Source: an uncultured Gemmatimonadales bacterium
Lineage (GTDB): Bacteria > Gemmatimonadota > Gemmatimonadetes > Gemmatimonadales > GWC2-71-9
DNA: 64,000 nt
Assembly: GCA_963779755.1 (NCBI GenBank)
Contig: CAVZZO010000001.1
Coordinates: 1,184,001 to 1,248,000, forward strand
Reading direction: 5' to 3'
Of the stretch, positions 20,258 through 29,276 are shown piece by piece; positions within the stretch are counted from its first letter, which is position 1, and each line of letters opens with the position of its first letter. Below the pieces are notes generated by a model. The model was not told the origin of the DNA, ran no database searches, and saw only the letters and a list, made by a program, of their open reading frames with translations. The position numbers and the translations under genes were made by a program.

Positions 20258-20944
20258 ATGACGGAGATGACTCCCGATCCCTGGGGGGTGCGGCGGGCGG
20301 AGAACCTGCTGGCCAGCCTGGAGGGAATTCTCTCGGCGCGGGTCATCACCACGCCCCTGGGCGAGGTGAGCGAGGTCCACATTCTGGCGCAGGCCGGGCT
20401 GGCGCCCAAGCAGATCGTGCGGAACGTGGAGTCCGCCCTGCTGGCGCAGCTGGGCCTGAAGGTGGACCACCGCAAGATCAGCGTGGCGCAGACGGCCGAA
20501 GTGCGGCCGCTGGAGGCGCTGGACCGGGAGGCGGTGCGCGACCGGGCCATGAAGCGCGGGGTCCTGTTCGAGGCGCTGGCGGTCTCGCCGGGGCGGCCGC
20601 ACCGGCTGGCGATCCGGGTGTCGCTCTCCTACGACGGCCAGAGCGAGACGGCCGAGGAGGAAGCCGCGGATACCACTCGGGGGCGGATCGAAGGCGCCGC
20701 GCGGGCGGCGGTGAGCGTGCTGGACAAGCTGCTCAAGGAGAGTTCGGTGGCGCTGGAGGGCGCCAAGATTTTCGAGGCATTCGACCGCGAGTTCGTGCTG
20801 GCGGGCGTGCAGGGTCTGGGGGGGCGGGATTCGCTGCTCCTGACCGGCACGGCGCAGATCAAGGACAGCCCCGAGCGGGCGGCCGTCTTTGCGGTCCTGG
20901 ATGCAACCAACCGCTGGGTAGCGCCCCGGCGGAGCGCGGTGTAG
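20258..20944 (+). CDS. Hypothetical protein (two-domain, EVHIL...PKQIVRNVESAL...VDHRKISVAQ motif)
   Basis: high-GC3 codon usage and protein-like composition; ATG 20258 (or 20267) chosen inside ORF 20054..20944. Confidence 0.8.
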   Translation: MTEMTPDPWGVRRAENLLASLEGILSARVITTPLGEVSEVHILAQAGLAPKQIVRNVESALLAQLGLKVDHRKISVAQTAEVRPLEALDREAVRDRAMKRGVLFEALAVSPGRPHRLAIRVSLSYDGQSETAEEEAADTTRGRIEGAARAAVSVLDKLLKESSVALEGAKIFEAFDREFVLAGVQGLGGRDSLLLTGTAQIKDSPERAAVFAVLDATNRWVAPRRSAV

Positions 20945-21154
20945 GTGTCGAGCCGGTGACCCCGCGCGGGTGAGCCGGCGGCTGGACCGTTTTCGACATT
21001 CAGGATAAGGAGATAAGGGGGGAGGGGGCCGCAGTTTTCGCAGTATCAGCGGAGGCTAGCGGTACAACACGAGCGGAGCGTCCGGTGGGCCATAGCGAGG
21101 CTTGCCACTTCCGAAGGTACGGTCTCAACGTGACTGGACGAGGGGGTGACGCTC

Positions 21155-21220
21155 ATGTTCGCATCTGCTATCAGATGGATTGCCAAGGCCCTGTGGTTGA
21201 CTGAAGGACAAGTCTGGTAA
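21155..21220 (+). CDS. Small peptide MFASAIRWIAKALWLTEGQVW (21 aa), candidate signal precursor
   Basis: GAGGGGG(T) RBS before ATG 21155, TAA at 21218-21220, 37 bp before the HD-GYP gene; below the ORF-track cutoff. Confidence 0.6.
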   Translation: MFASAIRWIAKALWLTEGQVW

Positions 21221-21257
21221 TTCACAGAGCCTGGCCCCCTTTCCTCGTCTTCCCCCC

Positions 21258-22638
21258 ATGCGCAAGCCACCACTGATTACCTCCTATGTGGCCACGGTGG
21301 GCTTTTTTGCGGCCGTGGGACTTGCGTGGTCTTTTATGCACCGTTTCCCTGCCCCAAGTCCGTGGGATTTGGGTGCGTTCTTGTTGGTTGCTCTAGTCAT
21401 CGAAAGCACGAACTCCTCCCTAAGAATCCATGCAAAGGGATCGGCGAGTTTCATTGTTCACATGGCGGCTGGCCTTTTGTTCGGTCCCTTCTGGGCTGCA
21501 CTGATTGCTGGGATTTCAACCGCTGTAAACCAGACCTTCGCGTTGCGAGTTCCGGCTATCCGCGTTGCTTTCAATGTGGCGCAAAGAGTCCTCTCGATAT
21601 CAATTGCTGTTCTCGTATATGAGTTGCTGGGGGGGCATTTGCCCCCGGTGTACCTGTCCGGGGCTACTGGAATTAGTCCGCTAGAGGTCCAGCGTGATCT
21701 TGGACTCTTCTTTGTATTCTCCTTGACCTACTTTGTTATTAACTCCGCCTCTGTTAGTGCTGCGATCGCTATCAGCTCTAGGCGTCAGTTCTTGGAGGTG
21801 TGGGGGGGGAATACGAAGGGAGTTGTAGGCTACGATCTGGGTGCCAGCGCTATTGCCATCATCATGGCTTGGCTATTTGTATTCTGCCAGAACCAATGGG
21901 GTTTCGGATCAATCGGCATCGTGGGGGTTGTTGTCCCGATCGAATTTGTAAGGAGAATTTATGGGATGTACCGGCACCTTGAGGCTACAAGCCAAGAGCT
22001 GCTGGAGGTGATGGTCAAGGCCATTGAGGCGCGAGATCCTTACACATCGGGTCACTCGGAGCGAGTGGCTAAAATATCCCAGCGTGATTGCCCAACAGCA
22101 CGGTGGACTGGTGCTGAGGAAATAGAAAAGATATATAAGGCCGCTCTTCTTCACGATGTTGGAAAGATGTATGAAGAGTATGCGCCCTTACTGCGCAAGG
22201 AATCAAAGCTGACGCCCGAGGAGCGGGAGCTGCTTACAGACCCATGCTGTCAGAAGCGCTGAATTGGTCGGGATCGTTTCTGATTTTAGAGGGACTGTTC
22301 TTGAGGCAGTAAGAAGTCATCATGAGCGCTGGGATGGCCGTGGCTATCCAAACGGGGTCGCGGGTGAAGGGATTCCCATTGGGGCTCGGATTATCATGGT
22401 CAGCGGATACAATAGATGCAATGACTACTGATCGACCCTACCGTAAAGCGCTGGGGGCGTAGATGTCGTGATGGCGGAGTTGCAGAGACACCGAGGAACT
22501 CAGTTTGACCCGAAGCTTGTGGACCTTGTCATGGGGTCAGTTACGATTAGGAGACAGATCGGGGCCTTCGGTACCTCTCAAACTGAGGGAGGAGAGGCAG
22601 TCGAAAGATCTGTTCATCTGATCAAAAGAATTCAATAA
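21258..22638 (+). pseudogene. Multi-TM sensor HD-GYP c-di-GMP phosphodiesterase, frameshifted as given (pseudogene or consensus indel errors)
   Basis: ORF 21258..22262 has several TM helices, EARDPYTSGHSERV and LLHDVGK; other frames continue with HHERWDGRGYP, ADTIDAMTTDRPYR and GTQFDP to TAA 22638; shifts near 22236, 22402 and 22457. Confidence 0.85.
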
Positions 22639-22643
22639 ACTAC

Positions 22644-25600
22644 TTACGGGGCCACCTCGAATGGCGGGCTTTGCCCGAGGCTCTCAATCTGGACTAAGCA
22701 TGGTCCCGGCAGAGCTTCTAGAATCCGGTAAAGCTCCTCTGTCTGCTCAACTCTCTTCTCTCCCTGCTCGCCATTGAGCCATAGGCTCGCAGCCAATATC
22801 TCAGCCCGATCTAGGGTATCAAACTCATGAATCCGCGAAAGGAGCGAGTCGATGATGGTCCGTGCCTCTCGCTCACGCCCTTGGTAGGTGCCCACAAAGG
22901 CGGTGTGTCTTGCGAACGAACCGGCGATAGCCGCATAGGCTAGCTGGTTACCCTGGCGACCGAGGGCTTCCTCTGCCACGGCTAAGGACGCTTCAGTGTT
23001 ACCAAGAGCTCGGTAGACATCCGCGGTGCGCAGGCCGACGAGCTGTTGCATGGCCGGGATAGTCATTGCTGCGAGCTCCCTATGGCGTTTCTCAAGTAGT
23101 GCCGCTGCCTCTGAGCGTCGACCACGCAGAGCAAGGCTCCAAGCATAGTTGAGGTACTGTGATAGGAAGTGGCCGTCATGGTTCATTGAAGGCCGTCTCA
23201 TTAGTTCCGCAACCCAGCGTGCCTGCTCTTCGTAATCCCCTAGTCTGAAATTGCACAGTGCGAGATTTGCACTGCAGACTTCTTGCTGGCCTTCATGCCC
23301 GAGCGCTACAGCCAGCTCATAAGCTTTCTCGAACGGATGGAGAGCTGATTCATACTCGCCACGATTACAGAGCATGCATCCTAGGGCATTGTTCAATCGT
23401 GATGTGACGGAGCTGTTTATCTGTTCGTCTTCCAACTTGACAATCTGATCTCGCAGCACCTGGAGGGCCTCTAGACCCTCTGGTGTGCGGTAGGCGAGCT
23501 GTGCGATCACCAAGGCGCGCTGTGCTGCTGTTAAGAGATCAAGGTCTTCATCGGCCGCCGTCCGAAGGATCTCTAGCAAATCCTTATCAAGGGTGTAGTC
23601 CTCGCGCATCGTGCGAAGAGCAGCTGCATGGCCGAGGGCTCTCACCCTGATGTTGGGGTCGGTGGAATTGCGTGCGAGTTTCTCAAGTCGAAGCAGAAGC
23701 TCGAGGCTTTCGTCTGAAGATGTGTTTCGTGATTGGCGCCTTGCCTCTCCAAGCATGAGGATCGCCAACTCGGCATTCCTCTCCCTTAGCTTCGTTGGCT
23801 CCCCCAGCACCTCCAGCGACTCCTCCCACCGACCCTGTTCCTGCAGCGCCTCCGCCCAGATGAGCCGGGCCTCCTCCTGCGTCTCCCCCTTCAGCGAATT
23901 GAACGCCGAGGTCAGCGCCCGCTCCGCCTCCAGGGGGGCGCCCTGGCGAATGGCTTCCCGAGCGCCCGCCAGCAAGTACGGCGTCGCCTGCTCGGTCCGG
24001 CCGGCCCGCATGCAATGCCAGGCGATCTCCAGACCCGGCACCGCCTGATCCTTCAGTGCCAGCAGCCGGTCGGCGATGTTGCCGTGCAGGGTGCGCCGCA
24101 GCGGGGAGGGCACCGCCAGGTAGGCTTCCGCCCGCACCAGCTCGTTGCTGAACTCCAGCCCCCGGCTGCCGTCACGCAGCACCCGCAGATCGGTCAGCCG
24201 CGCCAGGCTCGACATGGTTTCGCTCAGCGCCAGGTCGGCCAGCGCGTACATATCGAGGTCGTTGAGCCGGCTCCCCAGCAGGGCGGCCAGCCCCAGTGCG
24301 GTGCGCGCCGAGGCGGGAAGCTCCCGCAGCAACCGCTCGAGAATCAGCCGGTAGGCGTCGCCGGCCCGCTTGCCCGGGCTCAGGTCTTCGGTCATGGCGC
24401 CCAGCGAGAGCGCCAGGGCCCCGTCACCGTTGGCCTGCCAGTCGCGCACCAGGTGCTCCAGCACCATGGGATAGCCGGCTGCGGCGCTCAGGATGGCGCG
24501 CCGGGCGACCAGCGGAGGCGCCGGGTCGTCGCCCACCAGGGCAGCCAGCAGGGCGGCGCTCTCGTCTTCGCTCATGGGCGGCAGGTCGAGCGAGGTCATG
24601 CGGATGCCGCTGCCGCCCTCTCGCAGCCGCACGGCGTTGGGCGAACGGTCCAATTCGGCGGGCCGGCCCGCCGCCAGCATCATGATGCGTTGGCGGTCGA
24701 GCCGGCGCAGCACCAGGTGGAGCACGGCCAGCGTGGCATCATCCGCCAGGTGCAGATCGTCCAGGACCAGGATGACCGGAAGATCCTCGGCCAGCGTGGT
24801 CAGCAACTGGAAGGCGGCTTCGGCCAGCCGCAGCCGGGCCGTCTCGCCCAGGCTCTCCGGCGGCTCCGGAATGCCGGGAAAGCGCCGGCGCACCTCGGGT
24901 TGAAGCCGGGCCAGCTCCGCCAGCCACTCCGGCGCCGTTCCCGCCACCCCCGGAAGCCGCAGGAGCCCTTCGATCAGGCTCCCCAGCCCGGCATAGGGGA
25001 TCTCCTGTTCCAGCTCGTAGCACTGCACCCGGCTCACCGCGGCGCCCTCCAGCTCGGCAGCCGTCATGACGCGGCCCAGCAGCGTGCTCTTGCCCACCCC
25101 GCTGTCGCCCAGCACGAGGGCATGCGACGGGTTGCCCCGGCGGGTTTCCTCCCACAACTCGTAGAGCTGCTGGTACTCCCGGGTGCGGCCGAGGAAGAGG
25201 CGTCCGCGCCACTGCTCGGTGCGGATGGCGGGAGATTCTCCCGAGGGCACCCGCTCCCAGCCGCGCCGGCGCAGCCGGGCCGCCATCTGCTCCAGCTCCG
25301 GCGAGGGCTCGGCCTGCAGCTCCTCGGCCAGACGGGCGCGCCACTGCTCGTAGAGCTTGAGGGCGCTCAGACGGTCCCCCTCAAAGGCGCGCGCTTCCAT
25401 CCGGGCGCGAATGCCCTCTTCCGACAGCTCGTCCAGGCCCAGCAGGCACTCGGCGTGGCGGTCCATCTCCCGGAAGGCGCCGGTGCGGCGGCAGCGGTCG
25501 ATCAGCAACCGCAGGGCGTCGCGCACCCCCGGCAGCCAGCGAGCCCACTGGCGTTCCCGCCACAGCTGGAACTCGGGAGCATCGGGGATCTCGAACTCCT

Positions 25601-25970
25601 CGAGGAATCCGGCTATCACCAGCGGCGGCGTGTAGTCGTCTCCCAGGACGGTACCGTCGGTGAGCCGGTCGAGATCCAGCGCGAAGTCGGACGGAGAGAA
25701 GCGGACGTGGTCGCGGTCGGTCTCCAGGGATTCCCGTCCCAGCTTGCCCCGGAGCACCGACAGGGCAGTGGCAAGCGAATGACGGCCCTCGCCTGCCGTC
25801 ACATTGGGCCAGAGAAACTCGGCCAGGCGCTCCCGCCGGTGGGGCACGCCCCTGGCCTCGGCGGCGAGATAGAGCAGCAGCGCCAGGTGTTTGCGCACCC
25901 GGAACCGGCTCTCCTCGCCGTTGGGGAGGAGCAGCTGAGGTTGTCCCAGAAACCTGAGATAGTAGGGCAT
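22644..25970 (-). CDS. SARP-family (wHTH-BTAD) + AAA/STAND-type ATPase + TPR transcriptional regulator
   Basis: LRFLGQP...ALLLYLA...RERLAEFLWP, F..W...R BTAD features, Walker A GDSGVGKS, Walker B LVLDDLH, helical C-terminal repeats; ATG 25970 chosen. Confidence 0.88.
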   Translation of the reverse strand: MPYYLRFLGQPQLLLPNGEESRFRVRKHLALLLYLAAEARGVPHRRERLAEFLWPNVTAGEGRHSLATALSVLRGKLGRESLETDRDHVRFSPSDFALDLDRLTDGTVLGDDYTPPLVIAGFLEEFEIPDAPEFQLWRERQWARWLPGVRDALRLLIDRCRRTGAFREMDRHAECLLGLDELSEEGIRARMEARAFEGDRLSALKLYEQWRARLAEELQAEPSPELEQMAARLRRRGWERVPSGESPAIRTEQWRGRLFLGRTREYQQLYELWEETRRGNPSHALVLGDSGVGKSTLLGRVMTAAELEGAAVSRVQCYELEQEIPYAGLGSLIEGLLRLPGVAGTAPEWLAELARLQPEVRRRFPGIPEPPESLGETARLRLAEAAFQLLTTLAEDLPVILVLDDLHLADDATLAVLHLVLRRLDRQRIMMLAAGRPAELDRSPNAVRLREGGSGIRMTSLDLPPMSEDESAALLAALVGDDPAPPLVARRAILSAAAGYPMVLEHLVRDWQANGDGALALSLGAMTEDLSPGKRAGDAYRLILERLLRELPASARTALGLAALLGSRLNDLDMYALADLALSETMSSLARLTDLRVLRDGSRGLEFSNELVRAEAYLAVPSPLRRTLHGNIADRLLALKDQAVPGLEIAWHCMRAGRTEQATPYLLAGAREAIRQGAPLEAERALTSAFNSLKGETQEEARLIWAEALQEQGRWEESLEVLGEPTKLRERNAELAILMLGEARRQSRNTSSDESLELLLRLEKLARNSTDPNIRVRALGHAAALRTMREDYTLDKDLLEILRTAADEDLDLLTAAQRALVIAQLAYRTPEGLEALQVLRDQIVKLEDEQINSSVTSRLNNALGCMLCNRGEYESALHPFEKAYELAVALGHEGQQEVCSANLALCNFRLGDYEEQARWVAELMRRPSMNHDGHFLSQYLNYAWSLALRGRRSEAAALLEKRHRELAAMTIPAMQQLVGLRTADVYRALGNTEASLAVAEEALGRQGNQLAYAAIAGSFARHTAFVGTYQGREREARTIIDSLLSRIHEFDTLDRAEILAASLWLNGEQGEKRVEQTEELYRILEALPGPCLVQIESLGQSPPFEVAP

Positions 25971-26193
25971 CGGCCTTGCCCGGGACCCGCGAGGGACGAG
26001 TAGTCTGCCGCCACCGATACAACCAAGTCTCAACTGCTTTGGGGGCCGCCGGATGGGACGGGCCCCCTCCCGGTATCCTGCGCCGCGAAACGACGGTTGT
26101 CCAGCGAGAGCGGGGAGGCGTTCCGGACCCGGTGGGTCAACCGGGACGCCCCTTCACGATCCAGGGCCGCTCTGGCCCATCCTTTTTCCTGGT

Positions 26194-26209
26194 GGGCATA
26201 AGCATTGCT
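26194..26209 (+). promoter_or_regulatory. putative sigma54 -24/-12 promoter
   Basis: GGGCATAAGCATTGCT = GG-N10-GC with GGCA and TTGCT, upstream of the lipoprotein gene at 26370. Confidence 0.55.
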
Positions 26210-26369
26210 CAATCCAGGGTATCCGCGCGGTCCCGGATGGTGCCGGACCGGCGCGGTACGTCCTAACATCAAGCATATCAACGTAGTACGAGCTTGTACC
26301 CGTGGTTCCGCCTGGGAACGAAAGCGGGGGGCAGGTCACGCGAAACACCAATGCCAGGAGCCGGGATCC

Positions 26370-27263
26370 ATGCGCAAACTGCAAGCTGCAATCCTCATCG
26401 CTCTGACGCTTGCTGCCGCCTGCAGTAGCGACAAAACGGGGCCCAGCGCCCAGCTGACCGACGCGTCGGCCCAGACGGTGGGTGCTGCGATCGCCGATCA
26501 GATCGCGCTGACCGCCACCTCGTTCACGGTGAACGGCGTCAGCCAGCCGCTGGTCTTCGCCCCGGCCATGGCGCGGGCAATGGGAGCCCCGCCCATGCGG
26601 GTGAACGGCCCCTGCCCGGTGGTGAGCAGCACCACCGATACCGACGGCGATGGGGTGCCGGACGATGCCACCTACAGCTACAATGGTCTGCCGGACTGCG
26701 GGTATTCCGACTCGACCGGCTCGTCCGAGCTGACGGGCTCGATCCGGATCACGGATCCGTCGACTACGCAGGTGGGGTACAACGCCGCCCTGACCAACCT
26801 GCTGCTGTCGTCCACCGGGACGAACTTTTCGCTGAGCATCAAGCTGAACGGAACACAGAACGTGCTGGGCGACGCGGCCAACGTGACGCTGTCGCATCAT
26901 CTCACCACCGATCTGGGCGCCAGCGGCAACGGCCAGAGCGTCACCGGCCGGCTGGACGAAAACTGGAACGTGGCGTTCGCCGCCGCCCAGGGTAGCGCCA
27001 TCGCCATGGATTCGCCGCTGCCCAGCGGCACGTTCAACCTCAGCGGGAGCTTCGGCTACGACGTGAACGGCGAGAGCTTCTCGTTCTCGGTGGCGACGCA
27101 GGCGGCGCTGCAGTATGACTCCAGTTGCTTCTCGTCCTATCAGTTCACTTCGGGCGAGCTCCGCGCGACCGTCAACAGCAATAACGGGAACGCCTACATC
27201 AAGATCGTCTACAACGGCTGCGGCGCGACCCCCACGGTGACGCTGGTGGCGACGAACGCGTAA
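26370..27263 (+). CDS. Hypothetical Ser/Thr-rich lipoprotein
   Basis: AGGAG RBS, MRKLQ...LAAAC lipobox, DTDGDGVPDD Ca-loop-like motif, beta-strand-rich. Confidence 0.8.
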   Translation: MRKLQAAILIALTLAAACSSDKTGPSAQLTDASAQTVGAAIADQIALTATSFTVNGVSQPLVFAPAMARAMGAPPMRVNGPCPVVSSTTDTDGDGVPDDATYSYNGLPDCGYSDSTGSSELTGSIRITDPSTTQVGYNAALTNLLLSSTGTNFSLSIKLNGTQNVLGDAANVTLSHHLTTDLGASGNGQSVTGRLDENWNVAFAAAQGSAIAMDSPLPSGTFNLSGSFGYDVNGESFSFSVATQAALQYDSSCFSSYQFTSGELRATVNSNNGNAYIKIVYNGCGATPTVTLVATNA

Positions 27264-27344
27264 GCCACAGGGCGTGAGGGGGTAAGACGTGAGGCGTGGG
27301 GCGGTTCGATCGCTCCACGCCTCACCTTTTTTCCCCCTGATGCC

Positions 27345-28367
<1,023 letters not shown>

Positions 28368-28456
28368 CGGGCGAGGGAACCTCAGGTACGGGTCGCGAGA
28401 ATCAGATGGAGTCTAGTCCGGCTCTGCCCCGAGGGCCAGCCGGTTCCCCGGGATTG

Positions 28457-28604
28457 TACCGCAGAGACGCAGAGGACGCGGAGAATGGAGGGTTCGCACT
28501 GTTCCATCTTTCCCGCCCCCGGACAAGTGCGGATCACGGGCCGTGGCATCGGGCTCACCCGGGAAAAGCCCTCTGGTCTCTGCGTCCTCTGCGCCTCTGC
28601 GGTA
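28457..28604. repeat. Palindromic element with 28-bp inverted arms (CGCAGAG-type)
   Basis: taccgcagagacgcagaggacgcggaga (28457-28484) and tctctgcgtcctctgcgcctctgcggta (28577-28604), 26/28 complementary. Confidence 0.8.
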
Positions 28605-28641
28605 GACCAGCAGGACGGCCTCTCCCCTCTCGGGGATTCGC

Positions 28642-28670
28642 TTGCGAAATTTTTCACAAGCGGGTAGCTT
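28642..28670 (+). promoter_or_regulatory. putative sigma70 promoter of the atp operon
   Basis: TTGCGA, 17 bp, TAGCTT; in-frame GTG/ATG 7-10 bp downstream. Confidence 0.55.
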
Positions 28671-28680
28671 GGTGCCCGTG

Positions 28681-28914
28681 ATGCCCCCCAATTCCCGGGA
28701 GCAGGGACCGGGGCCGATGCGGTACGCCGGGCTGGGGATCGAACTGGCCGTCATGGTGCTTGCCGGTGTTTTCGGCGGGCAGTGGCTGGACGGTCGTCTG
28801 TCCACCAGCCCCGTCTTTACGGTGCTGGGGCCACTCCTGGCCTTCGGCGGCTGGATGTACAGCCTGATCCGCCAGCTGAACCGGGACGAGGAGCAGCGGA
28901 AAGGCAGGCGGTGA
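28681..28914 (+). CDS. AtpZ/AtpI family small membrane protein
   Basis: YAGLGIELA...GQWLDGRLSTSP, two TMs; first gene of the atp operon. Confidence 0.85.
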   Translation: MPPNSREQGPGPMRYAGLGIELAVMVLAGVFGGQWLDGRLSTSPVFTVLGPLLAFGGWMYSLIRQLNRDEEQRKGRR

Positions 28915-29276
28915 CCCCGGGCCGGATTTACCTGACCGGGCTCGCCGGAGCGGGACTGGCGGCTGCCGGCTGTGCGCTGCTGGTGGGGGTACCGGCTGGC
29001 CGGGGGGTCTGGCTGGCGCTGGGGGTCGCGCTGCTGGTGCAGGGCCCGATGGGCTGGTGGCTGGTCCAATCCATCGGTACGCCCCAGGTGGTGGCGGTCT
29101 GGACCCTGGGCATGCTGGCCCGGCTGGGGAGTCTGGCGCTGGTGGGGCTGCTGCTGCTGCCGGCGCTCGGGTGGCCGCTGGCGCCCGGATTGCTGGCCAT
29201 GGCAGTGCTGCTGGTGGCGCTTCTGGCGGTTGAAATTTTCGCGATATGGACGCAAACGCGAGCGGGACGGGAATGA
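28911..29276 (+). CDS. ATP synthase protein I-like 4-TM membrane protein
   Basis: four hydrophobic segments, GTGA/ATGA overlaps with both neighbours, position before atpB. Confidence 0.7.
   Translation: MTPGRIYLTGLAGAGLAAAGCALLVGVPAGRGVWLALGVALLVQGPMGWWLVQSIGTPQVVAVWTLGMLARLGSLALVGLLLLPALGWPLAPGLLAMAVLLVALLAVEIFAIWTQTRAGRE

Noticed and set aside
21155..21220. Trp attenuator leader peptide
   Set aside because: Trp codons are dispersed rather than tandem, no terminator T run follows, and downstream genes are unrelated to Trp synthesis.
20990..23800. Classical mobile element or genomic island
   Set aside because: No mobility gene, terminal repeats or tRNA, and the border lies inside an intact ORF; treated as a recombined allele instead.
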